NCBI RefSeq assembly: GCF_035594765.1
Contig: NC_085842.1
Coordinates: forward strand, 140,133,036 to 140,197,035
Length of the DNA: 64,000 bases
Direction: 5' to 3'
Origin: Anolis carolinensis
Taxonomy: Eukaryota
The translations under genes were made by a program, and so were the position numbers. The notes beneath the pieces were generated by a model. It made no database searches. It saw nothing but the letters and a program-made list of their open reading frames with translations, and had not been told where the DNA came from. This document shows positions 39,197 through 50,460 of this stretch, one piece after another; positions within the stretch are counted from its first letter, which is position 1; every line of letters starts with the position of its first letter.

Positions 39197-40163
39197 CTGT
39201 TATTAAACAAATAAAACTGAGTTATAAAAATTATTAAAATGTGTGTCTATAAAATCAGATTCGGGAGAACTCAGCAAGAAGAAATAAATTTGTGACAAAT
39301 ACCAGATCATCATTTTTCTGGAATGAATTAAGGACAGTCTTGTAGGTTGAGCTACATTAGCAGATCAATAACCTAATGGAAATATGGAGAAGGGAATATT
39401 GCAGTAGGCAAGGAAAGCAATAATTGTAACAGTTTTATAATTTGAAGTTCCTTTTCACAGGGTTACTAATAGATTAGAGATGTCAGAAAGCTTTCAAAAG
39501 ATGGATATATTTTTCTTGTCATAGGCACTACCCAGTAGGTTCCAACTGGTGTCACACCAAAACATACACATGTTTGAAAGCAACAATGATTACATCCTGG
39601 GATCTTGTTTTGGTTTTTCCAGGAAACCACTTCAAGTTCCATGGAAGCACATACAAAAAAAATTCAACCAAATAATGATCATGAAGAAAGGCTTATGTGC
39701 CATTAGCAATAATGGTTCTGCAGTGCCACCTCCAATGCTCTGTATGTAGCCACAATGAGGTTAGATTGTAGGAGAATACAAAAGATATCCACTAAGATAT
39801 TTTATTGCCATGACATGCCCTGATACACCAGCTGTATCTCTCTACAGCATATGTTCAAAATAATTTCAAAGGTTTATGTTATAGTACTTACATTTGTGGG
39901 CATATTTGTCTACTTTTCAGTTTCTGGTTCTTCAGACCTCCCCTCAGAGCAGGCACTGGCAAACTTGGGATCTCTATGTGTTTTGGACTTCAACTCCCAG
40001 AAATCCCAGCCAGCTTACTGACTGAACACCTGGAGAGCCGAGGTTTGCCCATGCCTGCCTTAAAATGTCATAAGAATATAACTTCAATGAACTGAAAACC
40101 ACACATTACCACAAAAGTTTGGTAATTCAGAAGTGGTGAAGGGGAAAAGATTTCAGTACTTAC

Positions 40164-40287
40164 CTGCCTTCTTCCTCATGCAAAATGTTCTTTTGAGCAT
40201 TAGCAAGCAAAGACCACCCCAAGATGGCAGAACCCGCAACGCAGGCTGCTGTATGTAGGTCTGAAAGAGTCCTCCACACAACGTTAT
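40164..40287 (-). CDS. TMEM220: TMEM220 exon 4
   Basis: DNVVWRTLSDLHTAACVAGSAILGWSLLANAQKNILHEEEGR; 124 nt; GTAAGT donor. Confidence 0.94.
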
Positions 40288-40515
40288 CTGGAGAAATTGA
40301 GGAATCTTTTGTATATATTATAATAAAATATACATATTCAGCTCATTTTTCTTGCACAGTCTCTTCAAACAATAAGAGAATGATAGGTAAAAAGTACAGT
40401 GGAACACAAAAAATTAGAGGATAGACACTAGGCAAGTGTATAAAATGCTTAAAATGATGGAATGTAAAAAATGGTTAACATGTAGGAAATTTTGCCATAG
40501 AAAGGGGGGAAGCAG

Positions 40516-41860
40516 TTAAAATCTTGGAAATTTAAAGGCATTACTTTGTCTGGCTCTGATTGGTGTTTCATAAAATCTGTAGCTTGCAATAGCAAGTTTG
40601 ATCTTGGTTCTTGGTAGAGTGGGCAGTGGAAAAGAATATGTGGGATGGAGCCTCTTGTCGCTCGGTAGTCCGTTGAGCCTTCCTCTATGAAGCGAGGATG
40701 GCATAACGTTGAATCTGGCCAGCATATAAACTCTCCTGTATATGGGAATAGTGAGAGCTGTAATATAATAGGCTGGATTTCCCTGAGTGAATGGAATTGC
40801 CAAGTTCATTGGCGAACAAGATTTATTGGCCAAGCCCTGCAGTTGTTGTTGGTCCATTGCTAGTAGCCTCTCTTTAATGAGGGTAAAAGTCTCAGTGAAA
40901 GTTAGCATATTTAAGTAGTCGCTATCATAGCCCAGTTTCTCGATCTTTGCTAGGACTGTTGTGCACCATTTTGAGTGGTGTAGTTCACTCAAGGTGAGTT
41001 GGGTCAATGAGTTACTGGAGCTATGGAAGTGGATATGTAACCAAAATGTTATGATGGTTAACCAAATGGTGGTCTCTATAGAGCATTGGCCAAATTCTAA
41101 ACATAAAGCACCATATGGAACACAGTTTGGTATGCCAAACAGTTTGTGCAGAAATTTTGAATGAAATGTAATGGCAGTTATTTGGGGTTAGCCAGATAGG
41201 GGATCCATAGAGTATTTGAGCTCTCACTTTTGCTTGGAAGACTTGCAGGGCTGGGGGAATATATTGGTTGCCCCTGGAGTGGCAGAACCTCCTGATGGCA
41301 CTGATACTTGATTGGGCCTGGGCCAGCGTGTATTTTAAATGAGTGGACCATGACAAGTTGTTGCTAAACCAGAGCCCCAGGTATTTGAAATGTTTTACTT
41401 GCTCAATGTAGTGGCCCTTTACTTTCCAGGGGCAAACCAAGAATGGGCAACTTGGAAGTCCCTAAATAGACTGAGAAGCAGAGTGGGCAGATCAAAATAC
41501 AACCTGGCAAGATGGCACTACCTGGAGGAATCCTCCACCTTGTGTGACTGTGGAGCAGAACAAACAACTCATATGTATGCTTGCCCACAATGCCCTGCCT
41601 CATGCACAGAGGAGGAGTTGTTTAAAGCTACGGACAGTGCGATTGCTGTTGTCCACTTTTGGTCTAAAACCATTTAGCTGTTTGTGATTCCTTTATATCG
41701 CTTTTAAACTTATTTATTATGCAATGCTTTGACATGAAATAAATAAATAACCTTCCAGACTTGCTTTTTGTTGCTTTCCCCAAAAACCAATATCTTGGTT
41801 TTGTCATAGTTCACCTGGAGGTCATTTGTCTCGCAGAAGTCAACAAACCTATGCAGGTGT
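40516..41860 (-). mobile_element. Decayed LINE reverse-transcriptase C-terminal fragment (clade uncertain)
   Basis: LQVNYDKTKILVF, IEQVKHFKYLG, ILYGSPIW and ARFNVMPS remnants with frameshifts. Confidence 0.8.
41430..41750 (+). mobile_element. Vingi-like LINE 3' fragment nested in the older LINE
   Basis: WKSLNRLRSRVGRSK...CDCGAEQTTHMYACP; (AAAT)n tail; 8-bp flanks CTTTCCAG/CCTTCCAG. Confidence 0.8.
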
Positions 41861-42249
41861 GGGGGGGGGGATATCTATGCTATATCCTATTTTGACTCAA
41901 ATAGGCTTGAATACAAATCTGGGACAGCGAATGTATGATAAAATCCATCCCCAAAAAAGAAAAAGAACAGTAGAATAATGATAAAATCTCTCAGAAATTC
42001 AGATATCTAATGAATTGTTATAAATCAGTAGCAAAAAAGTATATTCTATGTAGTTAATTTATTTTAAAGGATGTAAGGAGGGAAAGAGTTACTAAATGCT
42101 AAAATAAAACATTTTGGTGCAGGGGAAAGACAAAATGAGCTATTAAAACAAGTATAAAAGCTTATTTTTGAATTTTAGCAGCATGTGTATGAAGAGAGAG
42201 GGAAATGCATGGTCAAATGCTGTCAAAATATGGCATTTTGATACTATAC

Positions 42250-42310
42250 CTGCAATTGGTGGATTAAGGCCAACGACCAGTGTCAGAGCTGCAGGTACAG
42301 AATAGGCAAC
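42250..42310 (-). CDS. TMEM220: TMEM220 exon 3
   Basis: VAYSVPAALTLVVGLNPPIA; 61 nt; CAG acceptor, GTATAG donor. Confidence 0.93.
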
Positions 42311-42830
42311 CTGAGAGGAAACACAGTAAATATACTTTGTAGAAAATAGAGGCAGGGAAAAATCATTATACTCCATCCAGATTGCCAAAATAATAAAGTA
42401 ATAATGGAGAGCTGATGCAAAGTCCCAAGACAGCCATATACTAGAGTGCTGGTCTTACAAGAAGATGCTGTGATTCATAGACATGGGGACCTCAGGCAGA
42501 TTCATTGGCACATACAAGGCCCCAGATGACAAAGTAAGAATGACTTGCTAAAAATGCCCCATATTATCACCATTCTGATGAGATGCTTGCAGTTTGAGTT
42601 GATTTACTTATCATCAGCTGAAGACATGCTGCCTTGCCTGGAGAATGATCTCAGGAAATAATAACATAAATATAATTACCTGTTTGAACACAGGGTTAAT
42701 TAACAGAGGCCTAAAGCGAAATGCAAAGAGCCTGAATCAAACACTGGAAGATGCTTCAGGCAGGTGGAAGGAAGGGCTTGAGATGAAATGCAACTCACCA
42801 TTACATTTATCACTTGGAGCAGATACTTAC

Positions 42831-42860
42831 TATCCAGATTTCTGGATCAGGGTCATTGAC
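42831..42860 (-). CDS. TMEM220: TMEM220 exon 2 (30 nt)
   Basis: TTTCAG|VNDPDPEIWI|GTAAGT; hallmark VNDPD motif. Confidence 0.93.
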
Positions 42861-44228
42861 CTGAAACAAAGGAGGCAAAATATTGCCATAAGCTAATATT
42901 ACATCATGCAAAACACAAAATCTTTCAGAAAAAAAATCTGTTGCTGACTTAAGGTTGCCATGTCATTTTTGGCAAGATTTCTGAGAGAGAGTGTGTGTAA
43001 CTTGCCCAAGGTCACCCAGTGGGTTCCCATGGCTGAAAGGGGATTTGAACCTTGATCTCCAGAACCATAGCCCAATATTCAAGCCACACCTTACTGGCTC
43101 TCCATAAATTCGGGACAGTGTAAAAATATTTTAGTTTTATTTGCCTTAAGCTTTCATAAATTGTAACCCGTGTCACTGAATGCAAGCTATAGTCTACAAC
43201 AATGCCAAAGACAACATATTAGTCTTTTATGATGTAACTATCATTGAGGTTTTTGGAATAAAATTTATCTATAAAGCATTAAGACATGACTTTTCAGCTT
43301 CAAGATTCCAAAAATACTTTGCAAATATATTTTACCCTAGCTCAAAATAACCACAAGCAGTGATAGGCAACATTTCCTTTTCTTTCCTGCAAGATTATAT
43401 GAACAGTAGCTGCCAGGAGACAAGAGATCCCATCTGATCTTGGGAGCTTGGTAGGGTTGGGTCTAGTTCAGTGGTTCTCAGCCTGTGGGTCCCCAGGTGT
43501 TTTGGCCTTCAACTCCCAGAAATTCCAGCCAGTTTACCAGTTAGGATTTCTGAGAGTTGAAGGCCAAAACATCTGGGGACTCACAGGTTGAAAACCACTG
43601 GCCTAGTTAGTAACTGGAAAGTGGGCCAAGGAATGGTGCTATGAGCGATATTTCAGAAGAAGGCAATGGCAACGCATTTCCTAAGAAACTTGATGAAATT
43701 AATGGGGTCATCATTAACTCCCAGGATTCCATAGCATGGCAGTTAAAGTAGTGTCAAACTGTATTAATTCTACAGTATGCACCCAATGCTGCTTACTCCT
43801 GAGATCTGCAGCCAAACCCACTTTCCCTTAAACTCCTGGGGCCTGAGTTGGGCAATGGGATTGTGTAGGACTGGGTTTACCACAACTACTCAATCCCAGT
43901 TCTGACCCTTCCACAGCTCAAGGGTTTGTCTATACTGTAGAATTAACGCAGTTAGTCCCCACTTTATCTGCCATGGCTCAATACTATGGAAGTCTGGGAG
44001 TTGTAAAAGGCAGGGCAAGGAGTTTCAATATTAAATAATTCCTTGGGGTTTTTTTGTTTTTAAATTTTACATTACCATCGAATCAGGTACAGTATATATA
44101 AAATAAATGAAATCACACCAAATATTTTCAAAAAGTTATTGAAAAGAGGAGATGCCTTGGTGCCTTTTGGCCCACTTGGCCATTTGACCATGCCTTTAGC
44201 CTAAGAGTGCTGGTGACGTACCACACTG

Positions 44229-44610
44229 CAGGCAGTCTCCGAGTTATAAACATCCGACTTACAAACAACTCATAGTTATGAATGGGAGGTCAGATAACAG
44301 GAAGTGACAGATATCTACCCCTAAGAAGTTATCATGGGGAAAAGATATCTCCAATGAAGCTTTTTCGCCAATCCTTGTTTCCACAACAAGTCAAAATTTG
44401 TCAAAATCTAATTATCACAGGGACAGAAAGTAAGGTGAAATTTTCTGAACGGGGCATAGACAGTAAAATACCACAGGGATGTTAACCCTTCCCTATACTT
44501 TCCAAAGCTAAATAACATGTACATTTGAATGGCGCTTCACTTTTTAAATTACCTGTTCCAACTTACAAAAAAAATTCAAGAACAAACCTATAGGACCTAT
44601 CTTATAACTG
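44229..44610. mobile_element. Tigger-like MITE, family C; opposite-orientation partial copy at about 52556-52930
   Basis: CAGGCAGTCTCCGAGTTA terminus; body shared with the reverse complement of 52620-52930. Confidence 0.7.
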
Positions 44611-44750
44611 TATAGCATTTAGCCAGAACAGTTCTGTATAGCATTTAACCAGAACAGTTCCAGTGCGGTCAAACTGCATTCATCCTGTGGTGTAGATGTA
44701 CCCGGTGCACGTTACCCAGCAAACTGGGGAAAGGCGCAAATCTCTTTCTC

Positions 44751-45212
44751 GGGTTGCTGTGAGTTTTCTGAGCTGTATGGCCATGTTCCAGAAGCATTCT
44801 CTCCTGACGTTTTGCCCACATCTATGGCAGGCATCCTCAGTGGTTGTGAGGCTTGTTGAAAACTAGGCAGCTGGGGTTTACATATCTGTGGAAGGTTCAG
44901 GGTGGGAGAAAGAACTCTAGCCTGCTTGAGGCAAATGTGAATGTTGCAATCAACTATCTAGAGACCCACTAAGAAAATCCAACAAATGCTACGTTCAACA
45001 AAGGACAAGAAGGATCCTCTCACCTTTGCAGGGCCTTCCCCAGATATATAAACCCCACTTGCCTAGTTTCCAACAGACCTCACAACTTCTGAGGATGCCT
45101 GTTATAGATGTGGGCGAAAGGTCAGCAGAGAATGCTTCTGGAACATGCCCATACAGCCCAGAAAACTCACAACAACCCAGTGATTCCGGCCATGGAAGCC
45201 TTCAGCAACACA
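44751..45212. mobile_element. Inverted pair of Penelope-like terminal repeats in TMEM220 intron 1
   Basis: Arms at about 44751-44897 and 45033-45178 are reverse complements; each carries a hammerhead-like core. Confidence 0.8.
45083..45130 (+). ncRNA. Minimal hammerhead ribozyme-like motif (mirror copy on the minus strand at 44801-44846)
   Basis: CTGAGGA, stem GCCTG/TGGGC, GAAA, then GGTC; the mirror copy retains ACGTC. Confidence 0.6.
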
Positions 45213-45366
45213 ATCTCTTTCTTGTTTGCCCAGTCGCCAGCAGGAGCAGGAAGCTATCCAGCCACCTTTGCCCCTTGGCCCTCTCTTTGGAAGGGCGGGA
45301 GGGAGGGAGGGAGAGAAAGAAGGCGAAGCCTCCTGGCACCCTTCCTTTCCTCTTTGAGCTGCCGAC

Positions 45367-45492
45367 CTGTACTGCCCCGGCCAGAGCGAAGAAAAGGGCC
45401 ATGACCACGTTGCTGAGCCTCCACAGCCGCCGGGATTGAAGGGGACACCTCTCCTCGGTCCTGGCCGAGGAGGAACCAGTGCAAGCCTCCAT
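45367..45492 (-). CDS. TMEM220: TMEM220 exon 1
   Basis: MEACTGSSSARTEERCPLQSRRLWRLSNVVMALFFALAGAVQ|GTCGGC; matches human [20 protein letters not shown]; start codon less certain. Confidence 0.85.
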
Positions 45493-45839
45493 CTCCCTCC
45501 TTCACCCCGCTTTGCTCGCCAGCTGCCAGTTGTGGCCAGCCCCCTTTACTCTCCTCCCAATGGGAGGGAGGAGGGGCCGCCCCGGGCTCAGCCCAAACAA
45601 CACTCCATTCCTTTCCTTTCCTCTCTCCCTCCTCCAAGGAAGGTCCAGCCACTCTGGCCAAGGGAGAATGAATGAAATTTGACACTCCTTGAACTTGCAG
45701 GGCTATGGAATCTTAAGAGCCAGCCCTCTTTGGTTGAAAAGGCCCAGGACCTTGCCAAACTACAACTTCCAGGATATCATACCAAGTCAAACGGGGCACC
45801 AAACTGAATTAATATTACAGTGTAGATCAGACATGTACA

Positions 45840-45933
45840 CTGGGGATGCTTTGAATGAGATTTTTTCCTGCTTCTTGTAGGGGGTTGGACTGGATGCCCC
45901 ATGAGGTCTCTTCCAACTCTACAATTCTATGAT
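45840..45933 (+). mobile_element. CR1 LINE 3' end
   Basis: GGGGTTGGACTGGATG...GGTCTCTTCCAACTCTACAATTCTATGATT, the typical CR1 terminus. Confidence 0.75.
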
Positions 45934-46819
45934 TGGCAAATTTAGGTCCTCCAGGTGGTTTGGACTTCAACTCCCATAATTTCTAACAGCCTGCTGGAGC
46001 ATGTCATTGAAAAGTACTCAATCTGATGAAGTCCTTTGTCCAACACTCAAGCCACTCAGAGTTGGAAGAGGCCTCATAGGTCTTGGATTCTGTTCTATGC
46101 ACAATCCCCAACTGAAGCATCCCAAGCAGTCTCTTTTTAAACACGTTTCAACCTATTGCACCCATGTTCTGAAATTGTGAGAAAATAAACTGATGATTGT
46201 AAGGTTAGGCAATTAACAGTATAAGTTAAGATTCGGTATGTGTGTGTGTTCATTCACTCAGTCGTCTCCGACTCTTCATGACCTCATGGACCAGTCCACA
46301 CCAGAGCTCCCTGTATATATTCTGTTAATCATAGTTCAGCAACAGAGTACATGTGGTAAAAACATGTAACAAAACAAAAAAGTGCCAAGACAGTTTCTTT
46401 CTCTTCCCAAACGATTCCAGGTAAACACAACAATCAAATCAAAGAGAAACACCACAGCTAAACCAGCTTTAAAATATGGGCTCAATTTACTAAAGTGGCT
46501 TGGGCAGGAAGGTCAAATACTAGCCAGAATACAAATGCCTTGACTATTGATTCCATGAGATCATTTAAGGATAGCCCTGAGTGCAGGAAGCAGGCTCTGG
46601 GAGCATCTCCAGTGAGACACCACTTTAATTGCAAAAGTTCAGTGCTATGGAATCTTGGAGCTATAGCTTTACAAGATCTTAAGTCTTCTCGGCCAACTAT
46701 AAATCCCAGAATTCCAAACCATTGACACATGACATTTAAAGTGATGTTAAACTGAATTAATTCTATAATGCAACTTCAGGGTGTCTTGCTTTGTTTTTGC
46801 CATCATATTTCTAATAGTA

Positions 46820-46859
46820 CAGTAGAGTCTCATCCAACATAAACGGGCAGACTCTACTG
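46820..46859. mobile_element. 40-bp deletion derivative of MITE family A
   Basis: TA|CAGTAGAGTCT...AGACTCTACTG|TA. Confidence 0.8.
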
Positions 46860-46899
46860 TATATAGATTCCTCAGGAGACAGACAAGGTGGCTTGGTAT

Positions 46900-47388
46900 C
46901 CCCATACCACCAAGAACGTGTCACAGTCAAAAACTACAACTACCAGGCGGGATTGCACAGTAGGCAGGCAGGCAGGCAGGGCGATGAGCGAGAGCGAAGT
47001 GCCAACCTGCCCCCGTTCCCTAGTGCGGAGGCACCCGAAGAGGGGTGGCAACTGGGGCGGGCTCCTCGGCCTGCCCCTCCCTCTGAGTCGTCTCCTTCTC
47101 CTCCTCCTTCTTCTCTGGCTGCCTGGGAAGGAAGGACGGACGAACGGACGGAAGGAGGAAGGACGGAAGGAAGGAGGGGTAATCCGTGATGCCGTGAGGG
47201 CGGGAGGGAAACGGCAGCGAGTTTCGCGGACTGAGGCCTGAGGGAGCCCGTGCGCGAGGGCACGAGAGAGGGCGCGAGGGAGGGCGCGAGGCGAAGGGGG
47301 CCGTTCTCTGTCGCCGCCGCCGCCTCCTCCTCCTCTGCTGCATTGCAGCCTCCCTCCCTCCCTCCCTCGGCGTCTGAGGCGCTGCACA
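46900..47388 (+). promoter_or_regulatory. MAP2K4 CpG-island promoter and 5' UTR
   Basis: Very GC/CpG-rich; GC boxes; ACTACAACTACC (ZNF143-like) near 46932; GCC and CCT repeats just before the ATG. Confidence 0.75.
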
Positions 47389-47467
47389 ATGGCGGCTCCC
47401 GGTCCTGGCCCTGGCCCTGGCTCCGGGCCCCAAGCGGCGGCGCACACCACCGTCAGCAGCATGCAGG
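47389..47467 (+). CDS. MAP2K4: MAP2K4 (MKK4) exon 1
   Basis: ACAATGG Kozak context; MAAPGPGPGPGSGPQAAAHTTVSSMQG|GTAAGG; human MKK4 begins MAAP and its exon 1 ends AVSSMQG; phase 1. Confidence 0.92.
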
Positions 47468-48063
47468 GTAAGGCAGCGGTGGCTGGAGGAGGAAGGCCCG
47501 GGCTCTACAGAAAAGGCCTCCGCACTTCAGCCAGGCTCCTTGGGCCGCACTGTGAGGAGGAGGAGGAGGAGGCAGGGAAGGACCAGGCCTCTCTCGCGCT
47601 TTCACTCTGTGTCATTCTCCTCAGGTCGAGAGTCCCCACTACGGCCATTTGTGCGTGTGAATGTGTTGGCAGTGTGTGAGAGACTCTGCATGTTTAGGTG
47701 TAAACCCCGCCTCACAGAAGGCTGAGGGGAAACTTGCCGATGTTTGGCACCACTTGTAATTGCCACGGCAAAGGCTGGGTTTTGTGGTTGGTGGTTGTTG
47801 TGGCCCTCTCGCTTGTCAAGCACCAGTCCATCGTCGTTAAAGTGGCATCAGATTAGGGGCATTCATATATCCTGAGGAAACTAAGGATGGAGAATGGACG
47901 CGACTTGGAGTTGTTATGGCCCAGCGCTGTGGCATCCTGGGAGTTGTAGTTCGTTTGGATGAGGCACCATTTGCCCCAGAAGGCAAGGACCTCCCAGGAG
48001 CCCATAGCATTGAGCCGTGGCGGCTACAGTGATATCAAACTGCATTCGTGCTACAGTGTAGAT

Positions 48064-48223
48064 CAGGCATGGGCAAACTTGGGCCCTCCAGGTGTTTAGG
48101 ACTCCAACTCCCACAATCCCCAACAGTCTCCGGCCCCTTCCTTTTCGAAGGGGCCTGAGACTGTTAGGGATTGTGGGAGTTGGTGTCCAAAACACCTGGA
48201 GGGCCGAAGTTGGCCCATGCCTG
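48064..48223. mobile_element. Palindromic hAT MITE inserted in the end of a Harbinger-type MITE
   Basis: CAGGCATGGGC...GCCCATGCCTG; 8-bp flanks GTGTAGAT/ATGTAGAT. Confidence 0.85.
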
Positions 48224-48574
48224 ATGTAGATGTACTCTGAGGCCTCCTCCGCCGCCGCTTGTTCCTATCCTCCGGGGAATGCGTGGGTGGTTTCTGGGTA
48301 CGTGAGGTTGAGAAGGACGCATTACGGGGAAGAAGGTGGGGAGGGGCCCCACGGATTCCTGGCAGGAGAGAGAGAGACGCTGAGTTAATACGCAGCACTG
48401 TTAACAGGAGTGTTGGGCTCAAAGGTGGAACCATTTTTTTCTGGGGAATGGCCAGGCAGGGGGACTGGCAGATAAGCTTCGCCTGGGAGTGCGCATGCGC
48501 GAGGGTCGGGCAGTGGTTGTACAGGCCACTATGGCTGCATTATTCATGCAGTGACCCTAATTTTGTGGCCCAAT

Positions 48575-49117
48575 TGTTAGGGGAAACTACCCAAAAATAT
48601 AGCGGAGTTTCCAAAAACGAACGGGATACTTAAAGTTGAGCATTAGCTCACAGCATACAGAGCGTGAGGTGTCCCGTGATGTGGCTGTAAAGAATTCATA
48701 GCTTAGGCAGGCAAAGATGCAGAGTCCAAAATTAAAAATCACAAAAGGTTTATTTACAATCATAAACAGTAACTGCATTTCTCAATAATAAGAACTGGGT
48801 CTGAACTACTCTAACACCCATCAGTTCTAAGGTTTCAAAGAGAGGGAAAAATCATCCAAGCACTACATCTCTTAGACACCCACACACAGAGAGGTCTCAT
48901 TCAAAGCACACACACAACACCTACTCAAAACTAAGAAACAGAAGTCAGATTTTAAAAAGGACTTGCAGTAGAAAAGTATCAATTCTACACAACCAATTAG
49001 AATAACAGCAGAAACAGAGAAGAGAAGAAATAGATACATTTCCAACTGTCATACAGGAGACATAGGGGAAGAAGAGAAACACTTAGCCTATACTAAGCTA
49101 ACTAAACTGTTCCTCAT
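48575..49117 (-). mobile_element. Possible solo LTR
   Basis: TG...CA ends on the minus strand with an internal AATAAA; no clean target duplication found. Confidence 0.3.
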
Positions 49118-49855
49118 TGAGGATTTAAGACTGGTAGTGTGGGGTTTAATCTCAATACAAATGCTATGGAAACCTAGGGGGATTGTAATTTGGTGAGGTA
49201 TCTGCACTCTTTGCCAGAAAAGGCTAAAGGCCTTGTAAAATAAATTACAGCTCCCACAATTCCATGATGTGGTCCCATGGCAGTTAAAGTGGTGTCAAAC
49301 TGCATTTATTCAAGATGCACCCTATGGCTTTCACCCCTGAAGTTATTCATGTCTGTGTTTGTGTGAGTGGGTATGAGAGATAAGTAGGAGTAAAGGACCT
49401 GCTAAGGGTCTCCATAGAGACCAAAAAAAAAGGGGTGGGATGCATAGGTCGATGATGCAGGATGTATTCCTTTCTGAAACTAGCAGTTAACAGGTAATCT
49501 AGATTGATTGAAACAGAAATAAAGTGTGGCTCTTGAATGTGCTTCTCTTCATATTGCAGGAGTGAGGAATATGTAACTACCTGGATGTTGTGAAATTGTA
49601 ACTCTTATCTCTGGCCTCTGTATTGGCTAGGGATGATGGGAGTTGTAGCACTCAGTTGGCTACACATGTCGCACTCTTGCCAGAAAAGAGTGAGAGGAAG
49701 AAGATGACCATCACAGCTTTAAGAATGATGTAGTGTGCATGAAACTAAGGGTACACCTACACAGTAGATTAGAATATGTGCAATTTGACAGCACATTAAC
49801 TGCCATGGCTCAGTGATATGGGATCATAGAAGTTGTAGTTTTAAAAAGCCTATAG

Positions 49856-50124
49856 CAGGGGTCCTCAGACTTTTAAAGCAGAGGGCCGGTCCACAATCTT
49901 TCAGACTGTTGAGGGGCCAAATTATCACTTGGAAAAAATACGAACAAATTCCTATGCACACTGCACATGTCTTATTTGTAGTGCAAAAAATCAAACAACA
50001 ATGAAAGAACAATACAATGTTTAAAAATATTGGACGAGCCTAAGTCAAACATTCAAGGCGGCGGCCAGGGAAATGATCTTGGAGGGCCGCATCCAGCCCA
50101 CGGACCTTCGTTTGGGGACCCCTG
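49856..50124. mobile_element. Non-autonomous hAT element
   Basis: CAGGGGTCC...GGACCCCTG; flanks GCCTATAG and ACCTA(TA)G; body shared with 55915-56850. Confidence 0.85.
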
Positions 50125-50131
50125 ACCTATA

Positions 50132-50460
50132 CAGTATTCCCTCACTACTTCGCAGTTCGCTTTTCGCGGACTCGCTGTTTTGCGATTTTTTAATAAACAC
50201 TAAAATATTATAAATCATAAAAATTATTATTTACAGTGGCGGTGGTCTCTGTCGGGTGCGGGCGGCGGAGCAGAGAAGGAGCCCAAACAGCAGCGGGAGG
50301 AGAAGGAGGTGGCGCCATGTTCCCCTGCCCCTTTCTTCCCTCCCTCCCTCCCTCTTTCTACTTCCTTCCTAAGGAGAAGCCTAGCGTCCCTACTTCGTGG
50401 ATTTTCACTTGTCGTGGGTGGTCCTGGAATGTAACCCCCGCGAAAAGTGAGGGAACACTG
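50132..50460. mobile_element. Tigger/pogo-like MITE, family B
   Basis: CAGTATTCCCTCACT...AGTGAGGGAACACTG; TA flanks. Confidence 0.85.

Noticed and set aside
46872-47471. Several long overlapping ORFs on both strands (up to 196 aa)
   Set aside because: Low-complexity products of a GC-rich CpG island with few stop codons; only 47389-47467 matches a known protein
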